A stretch of 32,000 nucleotides of DNA from Mycolicibacterium smegmatis (GCF_001457595.1 NZ_LN831039.1:5940001-5972000), one strand, 5' to 3'; counted from the stretch's first letter, positions 16,648 through 27,509 are shown. Notes: generated by a model from the sequence alone, not told the origin. Program-made: numbers and translations.

Positions 16648-17043
16648 GTGACAATGGCGACCTTCCCGTACTCACTGCGACGACTGATCCTTGCCGGCGG
16701 ATTCGTGGTCGCTGCGGCCGCCGCTCCGGCGATCACCGTGTTCGCCGTTCCCGATTCCGCCATGCCCACGGCGGCGTGCCCTGGTGGTGAGGAAGAGGAC
16801 CTGTACACCGGCGTGTGCGTGCCGCACACGGTCCCGAACTCGGGCGGGTCGTTCAGCCCGATCCCCGGTAACCCCAACCTGCCCGCGGTCAACCTGCCTG
16901 GTGGCGGCGGATCCATCCCCTGCACCGGCAACAACACGGGTCAGTGCATCGGCCTGGCCGAGGAAGCCCAGTCCCAGGCCCCCTCGGTGACCCCGGAGTC
17001 GTCGGTCGGCAGCAGCCCGACGGTCCACGGTTCGATCGGCTGA
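16648..17043 (+). CDS. Small secreted four-cysteine protein, paralogue 3 of 3
   Basis: The signal peptide ends PTA|AC. The mature part is ACPGGEEEDLYTGVCVPHTVPNSG...LPAVNLPGGGGSIPCTGNNTGQCIGLAEEA. The C-terminal SSVGSSPTV is shared with paralogue 1. The start is GTG 16648 or ATG 16654. Confidence 0.7.
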   Translation: MTMATFPYSLRRLILAGGFVVAAAAAPAITVFAVPDSAMPTAACPGGEEEDLYTGVCVPHTVPNSGGSFSPIPGNPNLPAVNLPGGGGSIPCTGNNTGQCIGLAEEAQSQAPSVTPESSVGSSPTVHGSIG

Positions 17044-17053
17044 CCAGCGGTGA

Positions 17054-17078
17054 GGCGACCGGGATTTTCCCGGTCGCC
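17054..17078 (+). terminator. Perfect 11-bp stem, 3-nt loop hairpin after the paralogue cluster (no U-tract)
   Basis: ggcgaccggga-ttt-tcccggtcgcc, starting 11 nt after the stop of paralogue 3. It is GC-rich, like the tail-less terminators common in mycobacteria. Confidence 0.45.
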
Positions 17079-17091
17079 TACAGTTGTTCTC

Positions 17092-17256
17092 ATGCCTGCG
17101 AAAACTGATCCCGCCGATCTCGGCGACGTGGAACCGCTAGCCGACGACACCGCCAGCCAGGCGCGCCGGGTGGTCGCCACCTACGCGACCGACGCCGACG
17201 AATGCCGCATGTTCCTGTCGATGCTCGGTATTGGGCCCTCGAAGACCGAGGTCTAG
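17092..17256 (+). CDS. Small conserved hypothetical protein (54 aa) abutting otsA
   Basis: ATG at 17092 (MPAKTDPADLGDVEPLADDTASQARRVVATYATDADECRMFLSMLGIGPSKTEV). Its TAG stop is immediately followed by the otsA ATG (TAGATG). The longer track ORF would start inside the hairpin. Confidence 0.45.
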   Translation: MPAKTDPADLGDVEPLADDTASQARRVVATYATDADECRMFLSMLGIGPSKTEV

Positions 17257-18764
<1,508 letters not shown>

Positions 18765-18768
<4 letters not shown>

Positions 18769-19250
18769 ATCGGCTTGATGGCGTCGATCAGCCACTTGCC
18801 GTCGACCTTGCGGTACTCGACGCGCAGCCGGCTGCCGTCGTAGAGCGGCTGGCGCGACTTGTCGGTGACCGTGCGGTTCATGTACACCAGCACCGATCCG
18901 GTGTCGCGCTGCGCGGCCTCGACGCCGACGCCGACGATGTTGATCTGCACCACGAGCTCGCGCTTGCGGGCCTCCGGGATCACCTTCTGCTGGGCGTCGC
19001 TCTCGAACTGCTGCCGGAAACCGGGCGTGAGCAGCGGATAGGTCTCCATCAGGCTGCGCTCGACGGTCTGGTAGTCGTACCCGAACACCCGAGGGATCTG
19101 CTCGATCGCCAGCGACGGCAGTTCGGCGCGCGTCGCCTCCTGCCCGCGCTGCTGCACGCGGCTCCAGTACATCGCCCCACCCAGCGCCGACAGCGCGATG
19201 AAGGCCACGGCAAGGACACCGACCAGCGCCCCGACGAGCTTGGAGCGCAT
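18765..19250 (-). CDS. mam4B: Mce-associated membrane protein (Rv3492c-like)
   Basis: Single N-terminal TM helix and a periplasmic SnoaL/NTF2-like body. It is the last gene of the mce4 operon and is coupled to the upstream gene (start overlaps that gene's stop by 1 nt). Confidence 0.8.
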
Positions 19251-19954
19251 CAGTTACCCCCGTCCGGGTACTTCAGGTCGTACCCGGTCATGTGTCCGTT
19301 GTCGTCCTCGTGCACGATCACCCGCAGCCGGTACGGCTTGGTGGGCGCGTTGACCCCGTCGATGTCGGTCACGGTCACCCACACCGAGATCAGCACCGAC
19401 GCGTTCTTCGCGATCTCGTCGATCTTCTCCAGCGCCGCACCGTTGACGACAGCCTCCGAGCTCGCCTGGGTGTCGCGGAACAGCGCCTTGAGGTTGTCGG
19501 CGTTGTTGCCCTGGCTCATCATGTCGCGCAGCGGCCCGCTGGTGCCGTCGATGAAGCGGTTCACGCTCTCGTCGATGGTGTCCTGCGTGTAGCTGAACAT
19601 GTTGACCACGGTCTGCTTGGCCGTGTCCACGAAGCGCTGGTCACGCTCCTGGGCCGCCTCGTAGGTGCGCTGCTGGTCGACCAGGACGTACGTCAGCCCG
19701 CCGACCACGGCGGTTCCCACGGCCAGCACCACGGCCGCAACGATCGCGACGAGCCTGCGGTGCGGCCTGCGCCGCGCCACCCTGGCCGGCTTCAGCTTGG
19801 GCGCCGGTCGCGGTGCGGGCGAGGTCGACTCGGCCCGCACCTCTGGCGCCGGGGTGGTGGTGTCCAGCGGCTCACTGCTCACGGGCCCCGCCGGGCGTGA
19901 CGCACGGCGGCGCACCGGCCTCGAACTGTCTAAGGCCGTTCTTTCGGTCATCAA
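19250..19954 (-). CDS. mam4A: Mce-associated membrane protein (Rv3493c-like)
   Basis: Pro/Arg-rich cytoplasmic N-terminus, one TM helix (LVAIVAAVVLAVGTAVVGGLTYVLV), and a periplasmic domain homologous to the downstream paralogue. There is a 4-nt overlap with mce4F. Confidence 0.8.
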   Translation of the reverse strand: MMTERTALDSSRPVRRRASRPAGPVSSEPLDTTTPAPEVRAESTSPAPRPAPKLKPARVARRRPHRRLVAIVAAVVLAVGTAVVGGLTYVLVDQQRTYEAAQERDQRFVDTAKQTVVNMFSYTQDTIDESVNRFIDGTSGPLRDMMSQGNNADNLKALFRDTQASSEAVVNGAALEKIDEIAKNASVLISVWVTVTDIDGVNAPTKPYRLRVIVHEDDNGHMTGYDLKYPDGGN

Positions 19955-21645
19955 GCCTGCCTTGGATCCAGCATCAGGTCTACCCAGGTCTCCGCCGGTG
20001 CGATCGCATCGGCACCCGCGTACACACCGGTGCCTCCGTCGGCGTCAGCGAAGACCCCACTGTGCTGATCGTAGGTGCCGATCCCGGCGGGGGCCGCCAG
20101 CGGGGCTTCGGCGGGCAGTGCCCCCTCCGGTGCGGGCGGCGCCGGTGGTGGCGGTGCCGGGGTCCCCGCAGGCGGCGGAGGCGTGCGGCCGTACGGCGGC
20201 ACGATCTGATCCGGCGGTGCGTAGTACGGCAGCGGTGGAGGCGGCGGTCCCACCGTGTTCGGCGGCACCGGCAGCGGGAACGGCGCGTGCGGCGCGGGCC
20301 CGGGTCCCGGCTCGACGCCGGGCGGCAACTGCACCACCGGCGGACCCGGATCCGGGTCGACCTGCGGCGGGATCATCGGGAACTTGTTGGGTGGCAGGAT
20401 GTTCCGGCCGTCCTCAATCGGCTGGCCGTACGGGACCGGCGGACCGCGCCACGGGTTGCTGCCGATCGGCACGTAACCGTTGGGGTCACGGCACAACTGC
20501 ACCGTCGGTGCGCGCTTGCCGGGGAACTCCTGGCACGGGTAGTTGCGCGCGCCGCGCACCACGGCCGGATCGTTCTGCGCGGTCTTGCAGTACAGGTCCG
20601 TCGGCAGGTCGCGCACCGTGGTGTCGGCGGGCGAGCGGATCTCGGTCGCGGGGAGGAAGCCCACCGAGCACGGCGGCGGATCGCCGAGGTCGATCTTGAA
20701 GTCCAGCTTGCCGCCCTCGTCGCTGGGCACGCCGCCCGCCACGGTGTTCAGTGCGGCCATCAGGGCCGGGAAGATCACCAGCGCCTGCTCGAGGGACTTG
20801 CTGTAGATGACGCCGATACGCCCGAAGTTGGCCAGGTTGGCGGCCAGGATCGGGAACGACGGGCGGATGCCGGAGAACGCCGTGTCGGCCGCCTCGGTGG
20901 TACCGGGTGCGGTGCGCAGCGTCGTGCGCAACTGGGGATCGGCGTTGTTGACCTCGCCGGTGAGACGTGCGAGACCGTCGGCCAGAGACCGGATGTCGTC
21001 ACCGCTGCGCAGCTGCGCCTCCAGGAACGGCCCGGCCTGGTCGATGAGCTGGGAGGTCTGCGGAAAGTTCGCGTTGGCCTCGTCGATCAGCAGGCGTGAC
21101 GACTCGATCAGGCGCGCGAGCTCCGGTCCGGATCCGTTGAACGCCTTGAACGTCTCACGCAGCAGATCCTGTAGGCGCGTGTTGCTGACGCTGCTGACCA
21201 GGGTGTCGGCCTCGTGCAGCAGGCCCGAGATGTCCTGGCCGACGCGCGTGTTCTCCTGAGCGATCGTCGCGCCGTTGCGCAGCTTGCCCACGTGCGTGTC
21301 GTCCGGCGGCACCAGGTCGATGTACTGCTCGCCCACGGCCGACACGCTCTTGACGGTGGCCGTGACGTTCTCGGGGATGGACGTGTTGCTGTTGAGCCGC
21401 ATCTTGGCGACCACACCGTCGGGAGCCAGGCCCACCGACTCGACCCGGCCCACCGTGACACCGCGGTAGGTGACGTTCGCGTTCGGGTAGATGCCGCCGC
21501 CGGCAACGAAATTCGCGTTGACGTGGTAGGTGCCGATGCCCACCGCGGCGGGCAACTGCAGGTAGAACAGCGAGATGGCGCCCACGGTGAAAACCGTGAC
21601 GATCGCGAAGATCGTCAACTGCAGGCGTGTCAGCCGGTCGATCAT
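19951..21645 (-). CDS. mce4F: Mce family substrate-binding protein Mce4F
   Basis: N-terminal TM helix, MCE/MlaD domain (YRGVTVGRVESV) and a long helical region. The C-terminal tail of about 170 aa is proline-rich. It is the sixth mce gene of the operon. Confidence 0.9.
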   Translation of the reverse strand: MIDRLTRLQLTIFAIVTVFTVGAISLFYLQLPAAVGIGTYHVNANFVAGGGIYPNANVTYRGVTVGRVESVGLAPDGVVAKMRLNSNTSIPENVTATVKSVSAVGEQYIDLVPPDDTHVGKLRNGATIAQENTRVGQDISGLLHEADTLVSSVSNTRLQDLLRETFKAFNGSGPELARLIESSRLLIDEANANFPQTSQLIDQAGPFLEAQLRSGDDIRSLADGLARLTGEVNNADPQLRTTLRTAPGTTEAADTAFSGIRPSFPILAANLANFGRIGVIYSKSLEQALVIFPALMAALNTVAGGVPSDEGGKLDFKIDLGDPPPCSVGFLPATEIRSPADTTVRDLPTDLYCKTAQNDPAVVRGARNYPCQEFPGKRAPTVQLCRDPNGYVPIGSNPWRGPPVPYGQPIEDGRNILPPNKFPMIPPQVDPDPGPPVVQLPPGVEPGPGPAPHAPFPLPVPPNTVGPPPPPLPYYAPPDQIVPPYGRTPPPPAGTPAPPPPAPPAPEGALPAEAPLAAPAGIGTYDQHSGVFADADGGTGVYAGADAIAPAETWVDLMLDPRQA

Positions 21646-22857
21646 CTACGGCCCCTCGTGCTGCGTCGCGGTCCCCGGCGGGATCTTGAACGGGTCGGCG
21701 GCCTGCCCGGACAGGTTGGCCAACGCCCCGGTGAGGAACTCCGGCGGGTTGAGCACCTCGGACATGTGCTTCATGTTCGGGTCGAATCCCGATGTCGTGA
21801 ACACCGATTCGCCTGTGCGGCGCAGCGTCAGGTCGAACGTCGCGAACACGTTCAGATAGTCGCCTCGGACCGCGTTGCGCAGGTACTTGTAGTGGAACGG
21901 GAACGTCGGCAGGAGCTCGAGGTCCTTGATCAGGTAGTCGACGTGGTCGTTGAGTTCCTTGACCACCGCGTACAGGTCCTTGAAGTCGGCCGCGAAGTCG
22001 TCCTTGGTCTCCGACAGGATCCGTGCGCCGACCTCGGCGAAGCTGCGCAGTGCGGTGAACGCGTCGACGATGTTGGTGCGGCTGTCGTTGAGCACCTTGA
22101 GCGCGGCGGGCAGCGTGTCGAGCGTGCGGCCCAGGCTGTCGCTGCTGCGCGCGAGGACCGACGCGAACCGGTTGAGCCCGTCGGCCGCGGCGATGATGTC
22201 GTCGGTCTGCGCGTCGAGCGACGCGGTCAGTTCGGCGAGGCGGGGCACCAAATCGGCGAAGCTGCCCGAACGGCCTGACACCGCGGCGTAGACCTCGTCG
22301 GTGATGTCCTGCAGCGCACCGAGATTGCCCTTGTTGACCACCACGCCCAGCGAGGACAGCACTTCCTCGGTGGTCGGGTAGCGACCTGCATCGTCCAGCG
22401 AGATGTTGGAGCCCTCACGCAGCTCACCCTGCGGTGGTTTGCCGACCGGTTCGAGCAGTTCGACGTGCTGCGAACCCAACAGCGAGGTCTGGGCAACGCG
22501 CGCAACGGCATTCGCGGGCAGCTTGACGTCACCGTCGAGCGACAACTGCACCGCTGCGTAGAACGTGCCGTCGGGGCGTTGCACGGCGTCGATGCCCGAG
22601 ACGCTGCCGACGGTCACGTCGTCGATCATCACCGGCGAGTTCTGCGGCAGCGTCGCGACGTCGGGCAACTGAACGGTGATCTTGAAGGATCCCGGTCCGT
22701 GGCCCGCCGTGCCCGGCATGTTGAGCGAGTTGAGACCACCGAACTGACAGCCCGCAAGCAGCACCGCGCCGCTGCCGATCGCCAGGGTGCGCACGCCCAG
22801 GCGGGTTCCCTTACGTCGCAAGGCCTTGTCCTTCGATTTCCCTCGTACAGTCGTCAT
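21646..22857 (-). CDS. lprN: Mce family lipoprotein Mce4E (LprN)
   Basis: Lipobox LLAGC after the signal sequence, and an MCE domain (VMIDDVTVGSVSGI). It is the fifth mce gene. Confidence 0.9.
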   Translation of the reverse strand: MTTVRGKSKDKALRRKGTRLGVRTLAIGSGAVLLAGCQFGGLNSLNMPGTAGHGPGSFKITVQLPDVATLPQNSPVMIDDVTVGSVSGIDAVQRPDGTFYAAVQLSLDGDVKLPANAVARVAQTSLLGSQHVELLEPVGKPPQGELREGSNISLDDAGRYPTTEEVLSSLGVVVNKGNLGALQDITDEVYAAVSGRSGSFADLVPRLAELTASLDAQTDDIIAAADGLNRFASVLARSSDSLGRTLDTLPAALKVLNDSRTNIVDAFTALRSFAEVGARILSETKDDFAADFKDLYAVVKELNDHVDYLIKDLELLPTFPFHYKYLRNAVRGDYLNVFATFDLTLRRTGESVFTTSGFDPNMKHMSEVLNPPEFLTGALANLSGQAADPFKIPPGTATQHEGP

Positions 22858-24218
22858 CCGCCCGCACCTCCGGGAGCCTGCGCGGGGCCAGGCGCCGCGG
22901 CGGGGCCACCGTGTTCGGTGGCCGTGGCCGGGTCCGGCGGGACGATGAAGTCACTCAGGTTGGCATCGGCCGGGATCTGCGGCGGCGTGACACCGGGGGC
23001 GTTCTGCCACTGCAGGTACGGCACCGGGGTCTCGGCCTTGGCCTGGGTCTCCGGGGTGTCGTAGATGATCTGCCCCTTGTAGGCCGTGATGCTGTTGATC
23101 GGGTGGAACAACACCGGCGGATAGTTCATCGTGATGCGCTTGAGCACCGGCCCCATGCGCTGGCGGCAGATCTCGGCACGCTTGTAGTTCTCCGGGTTGG
23201 CGCCGGTGTCGAACGTGCCGCCGCAGATGAACTGCACCGGGTTGGCGAAGTTCGGCAGCGACAGCAGACCACCCACGGTGCCCTGCGCGGGGTTGTAGAT
23301 GTTGTAGAAGTTCGCCAGGCCGTTGGGCGTGACGTGCAGCAACTGCTCGATGTCCTCGCTGTGGTCGGTGAGGATCTGCGTGAAGTCGGCGAGCTTGCTC
23401 ACCTGCGCGATCAGCGAGTCGTTGCTCTCGTCGAGGAAGCCGCGCACGTCGGACAGCGCCTGGTTGAGCGTGTCGAGCGTGCTGTCGAGGCCGTTGGCGC
23501 TGTCGGCGAGCACCTGCGACACTGACGCGACGTGGTTGGTGAACTGCACGATCTGCTCATTGCTGTTGGACAGCGCGTCGACGAGGATCTGCAGGTTGCG
23601 CACGGTGCCGAACAGGTCGGTGCGCGAATCCCCCAGGCGTCCCGCGGTCTGCGAGAGTTCGCGCAGCGCATTGCGGAACGAGTCGCCGTTGCCGTCGAAC
23701 GTGTCGGCGGCCTGGTTGACGACCTGCGCCAGCGGGCCCTGCACGGAGCCCTCCTGCGGGCCCAGCTGCGACGAGAGCTGCGTGAGCTGTTCCTTGACCT
23801 GGTCCCACTCGACCGGGACCGCGGTGCGGTCCAGCCCGATCGAGGTGCCGTCGGCCATCTCGTCGCCCTCGGTGTAGGCCGGGGTGAGCTGGATGAACCT
23901 GGCGGCCACCAGGTTCGGCGCGATGATCAGCGCCTTGGCATCCGCGGGCACCTTGACGCCCCGGTCCAGCGTCATCTCGATCTTGACGTCCGACGGGCGC
24001 GGTTCGATCGAGTCGATCGTGCCGACGGGCACGCCGACCACACGCACCTGGTCGCCCGGGTACAGGCCGACGGCGTTGGTGAAATACGCCGTGAGCTTGA
24101 GACCGCCGCGCGACGGCCACACCTGGTAGATCCCGACGCCCAGGGTCACCAGCAGCAGCGCGGCCAGCGCGAGGCGCACCCAGCGGCCGCGGTTCGATGT
24201 CGAATTCGAATGTGTCAT
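22854..24218 (-). CDS. mce4D: Mce family protein Mce4D
   Basis: TM helix plus MCE domain (VRVVGVPVGTIDSIEP), a helical region and a Pro/Ala-rich tail. There are 4-nt overlaps with both neighbours. Confidence 0.9.
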   Translation of the reverse strand: MTHSNSTSNRGRWVRLALAALLLVTLGVGIYQVWPSRGGLKLTAYFTNAVGLYPGDQVRVVGVPVGTIDSIEPRPSDVKIEMTLDRGVKVPADAKALIIAPNLVAARFIQLTPAYTEGDEMADGTSIGLDRTAVPVEWDQVKEQLTQLSSQLGPQEGSVQGPLAQVVNQAADTFDGNGDSFRNALRELSQTAGRLGDSRTDLFGTVRNLQILVDALSNSNEQIVQFTNHVASVSQVLADSANGLDSTLDTLNQALSDVRGFLDESNDSLIAQVSKLADFTQILTDHSEDIEQLLHVTPNGLANFYNIYNPAQGTVGGLLSLPNFANPVQFICGGTFDTGANPENYKRAEICRQRMGPVLKRITMNYPPVLFHPINSITAYKGQIIYDTPETQAKAETPVPYLQWQNAPGVTPPQIPADANLSDFIVPPDPATATEHGGPAAAPGPAQAPGGAGG

Positions 24219-25273
24219 GGCGACTTCGGCCTCACGATCGTGCGCTCGGCGATGTAGCCGCGCAGCATGTCGGCAAGGCTGTCCGGCAGCTTCCCGGGCT
24301 GGAAGTAGGTGTCCAGCAACACTTCCGAGATCGCCGCGGGCGGCAGGCCGTACAGGTTGATCTGGAAGCCCGGCCCGGAGCCAACGACCTCACCGAGTGC
24401 GGTGGCGTACGGCGGCAGGCGGCGCAGCGCCTCACCGATGTGCTCGCGGCGCTCCAGCAGGTTGTCCATCACGAGGTTGAGCTTGTCCAGCGCGGGTTTG
24501 AACTCGCGGCGGTTGTCGGCCACGAAGCCCGACAGCTGCCGCGACACGTCGTCGATGCCGTCGATCAGCGTGCTCAGCGCCTGCCTGCGCGCGTCGAGCG
24601 CGGCGAACAGCTGGTTGCCGTCGGTGATCAGCTGGTTGACCTGGCCGGCCCGCTGGGCCAGCAGGTCCGACACCCGCTTGGCGTGCTCGAGCAGCTGGCC
24701 GAGCGCCTCGTCGCGGCGGTTGATGCTGCGCGACAGGTTGGCCACGCCGTCGAGCGCGCTGCGCAGTTGCGGTGTGGCGTCGCGCAGCGTGTCGGTCAGC
24801 GTCTGCAGGGCCTGCTCGAAGCGCGGCTTGTCCAGCTCGCCGACATTTTGCCCGAGGTCCTGCAGCGCGGTGTTGAGCGTGTACGGAGTCGTGGTGCGCC
24901 CCAACGGGATCACCGACGGCGAGCCCGCACCCTTGGGCGTCACCGAGAGCGACTTCTGTCCCAGCACGGTGTCGGTCTTGATGGCCACCAGCGACTGGTC
25001 GCCCACCTTGATCTTGCGGTCGACGGTGAACGTGACCTTCGCGGCGTCGCCTGCGAGTTCCACGTCGGACACCTTGCCGACCGTGATACCCGAGACGTTG
25101 ACGTCGTTGCCGACCTCGATGCCGCCTGCGTCGGCGAAGTACGCCTCGTACGGCTTGCCCTGCGGGAAGAACGGCAGACCCGTGTAGCCGAAGGACACCA
25201 GCACCACCGCGGTCACCAGGACGATGCCGAAGATCCCGGTCCGCAGCGTCTTGTCGTCGCGCAGACTAGCCAT
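24215..25273 (-). CDS. mce4C: Mce family protein Mce4C
   Basis: TM helix plus MCE domain (VNVSGITVGKVSDVEL). It is the third mce gene. Confidence 0.9.
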   Translation of the reverse strand: MASLRDDKTLRTGIFGIVLVTAVVLVSFGYTGLPFFPQGKPYEAYFADAGGIEVGNDVNVSGITVGKVSDVELAGDAAKVTFTVDRKIKVGDQSLVAIKTDTVLGQKSLSVTPKGAGSPSVIPLGRTTTPYTLNTALQDLGQNVGELDKPRFEQALQTLTDTLRDATPQLRSALDGVANLSRSINRRDEALGQLLEHAKRVSDLLAQRAGQVNQLITDGNQLFAALDARRQALSTLIDGIDDVSRQLSGFVADNRREFKPALDKLNLVMDNLLERREHIGEALRRLPPYATALGEVVGSGPGFQINLYGLPPAAISEVLLDTYFQPGKLPDSLADMLRGYIAERTIVRPKSP

Positions 25274-26300
25274 TCTCCGAGCACCTCCCCTTGGACGGGT
25301 CCGGAGGACCGCCGAACGGAATCAATATGTCGCTGCCTGCCGGTCCGTTCACCTTCAGCCGGACCGAGCAGTAGAAGATGTTGAAGAACGAGCCGTACGC
25401 GCCGAGCGCGTTGAGCCGCAGGTAGTTCTCGGCGAGCGGCTCGATCACCTTGTTGATGTCGTCTTTGCGTTCGTCCATCCGTCCCGCCATGGGCCGGACG
25501 TTCTCGATGACGCCCTGCACCGGGCGGCGCGACTTCTCCAGCATCTCGGTCAGATCGGACTCGGCCGACGCGAGCGGTTCGATGGCGCCCGCGATGGGGT
25601 CCTTGTTCTCGGCGAGCCCGGTGATCAGCTGCTGCAACTGGTCGACGCTGGCGTCGAACTGTGCGCCCTTCTCGTCGACCGTGCCGAGCACGGTGTTGAG
25701 GTTGGCGATGACGTCGCTGATGAGCTGATCGCGCGCGGCGAGGTTCTGGGTGAACGCGCTGGTGCTGGTCAGCATGTTGGCCAGCGCACCGCCCTGTCCC
25801 TGCAGCATCTCGATGACCGCGTTGGACACCTCGTTGATCTTGGCGCCGTCGAGGCCCTTGAGCACGGGCCGCAGGCCGCCGAGCAGCGCGTCGAGATCCA
25901 GTGCGGGCTGGGTGTTCTGCAGCCCCAGCGTGCCGCCGGGCGCCAGCTTGCGCAGCTCACCCGGACCTGACGTGATCTCCAGGTAGCGGTCGCCGACGAG
26001 GTTCTCGTACCGCACCACCGCCCGGCTCGACGTGTAGAGCTGATACCGCTTGTTGACGTCGAACCCGACGTCGACGGTGTTGTCGGGGTTGAGTTTCACC
26101 GATTTCACGGTGCCGACGGGCACACCCGCGATGCGCACGTCCTGGCCGGCCTTCAGGCGCGAGGCTTCGCTGAACGTCGCGTGGTAGCTCTGGCCCGCGG
26201 CGAAACGGAACTCGCCGAACACCACCACGAGCCCGGCCGCCACCAGCAGCATCACCATGGTGAAGATGCCGACCTTGAGCATGGTCCTGTCGCGGTGCAT
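25266..26300 (-). CDS. mce4B: Mce family protein Mce4B
   Basis: TM helix plus MCE domain (VRIAGVPVGTVKSVKL). The start ATG abuts the mce4A stop. Confidence 0.9.
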   Translation of the reverse strand: MHRDRTMLKVGIFTMVMLLVAAGLVVVFGEFRFAAGQSYHATFSEASRLKAGQDVRIAGVPVGTVKSVKLNPDNTVDVGFDVNKRYQLYTSSRAVVRYENLVGDRYLEITSGPGELRKLAPGGTLGLQNTQPALDLDALLGGLRPVLKGLDGAKINEVSNAVIEMLQGQGGALANMLTSTSAFTQNLAARDQLISDVIANLNTVLGTVDEKGAQFDASVDQLQQLITGLAENKDPIAGAIEPLASAESDLTEMLEKSRRPVQGVIENVRPMAGRMDERKDDINKVIEPLAENYLRLNALGAYGSFFNIFYCSVRLKVNGPAGSDILIPFGGPPDPSKGRCSENG

Positions 26301-27503
26301 CTAGAAGTCGTCCCTTTCCGCGAACGCGCCGTTGAACAGGAACTGCAGCGTCGCGGGCGCGTCGAACTGCAGCTCGGTGTTCGGCTGGTACGGCACGTAG
26401 ACGTTGTCGGTGACCAGGAACGGCGAGCGGTACCAGCTGCCGCCGTACTGCTTGGACGGGACGTCGGGCAGGCCGCGGCAGTTGGGCCCGCCGGAGGCGT
26501 TCACGATCGGCAGGCTCTCGGGATAGGTGTATCCCGGTGACCCGGGCAGGAAGTTCGAGGCCACGTACAGGCCGGGGCGGATGCCGCCGATGATCGGCGC
26601 GAAGCGGTCCACCGCGTTGGCGGTGCCCTCCAGGATGCAGCCGAACTCCGGCGAGTAGTCCCCCGCGACCTTCAGCGGGGCGCGCAGACGCTGGACGGCC
26701 GCGATGTAGTCGTCGGCGGCGGGCTGCAGTGTCGCTGTGCCGTTGTTGGCCAGCCCCGTCGCGGCCAGCAGCGTGGCGTTGAGGTTGGCCTGCTCGTCGA
26801 TGATGGTCTGGTTCACCCCTGGCACGTTGTCGAGCACCTTGGCGATGTCGGGCCCGGCGTCGCCGTAGATGCCTGCGACCACCGCGGCCTTCGAGAAGTC
26901 GTCCTGCAGTGTGGGCAGCTTGGGGTTGAGCTGGCCCAGCAGTGTGTTGAGACCCGCAAGCGTCGCGCCGAGGTCGTCGCCGTGGCCGCGCAGACCCTCG
27001 CCCAGCGCGGTCAGCGTGCCGTTGAGGCTCACCGGGTCGATCTTGTCGAGCAGGTCCGACAGCGTCTGGAACAGCGTGTTGACCTCGAGTTGCACGTCCT
27101 GCGCGGGCACGCTGGTGCCCGGGCGCAGCGGCGTGTCCGTGGCCTTCTCGGGCGGCAGGAACTCGACCGACTTGGCGCCGAAGATCGTGTTGCCCGCGAT
27201 CCGCACGGTCGCGTTGGACGGGATGTACTGCATCTCGCCGCGCTTGAGTGACAGCGTCAGCTTCGCCTCGCGACCGGCGTACTCGATGTCGGTGACCTTG
27301 CCGATCTGGATGCCGCGGTACTTGACCTTGGCGTCACGTTCCATCACCAGGCCCGCGCGCGGTGCGGTGACCGTGACCTTGTCGGTCGGGGTGAACGCAG
27401 CTGTGTACGACAGGTAGGTGAAGACCACGGCCGCGAGCACGATCAGGGCCAGGATGGCAGCGGCGATCCGCACGTGGCTGCGTTTGGCGTTTCCGTTCGA
27501 CAT
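26301..27503 (-). CDS. mce4A: Mce family protein Mce4A
   Basis: TM helix plus MCE domain (VKYRGIQIGKVTDIEY). It is the first mce gene after the permeases. Confidence 0.9.
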   Translation of the reverse strand: MSNGNAKRSHVRIAAAILALIVLAAVVFTYLSYTAAFTPTDKVTVTAPRAGLVMERDAKVKYRGIQIGKVTDIEYAGREAKLTLSLKRGEMQYIPSNATVRIAGNTIFGAKSVEFLPPEKATDTPLRPGTSVPAQDVQLEVNTLFQTLSDLLDKIDPVSLNGTLTALGEGLRGHGDDLGATLAGLNTLLGQLNPKLPTLQDDFSKAAVVAGIYGDAGPDIAKVLDNVPGVNQTIIDEQANLNATLLAATGLANNGTATLQPAADDYIAAVQRLRAPLKVAGDYSPEFGCILEGTANAVDRFAPIIGGIRPGLYVASNFLPGSPGYTYPESLPIVNASGGPNCRGLPDVPSKQYGGSWYRSPFLVTDNVYVPYQPNTELQFDAPATLQFLFNGAFAERDDF

Positions 27504-27509
27504 CGTGTT

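Noticed and set aside
19665-22278. Long plus-strand ORFs of 344, 428 and 354 aa antisense to mam4A, mce4F and mce4E
   Set aside because: They are Arg/Pro-rich and low-complexity with no start context. The minus-strand frames encode canonical Mce proteins.
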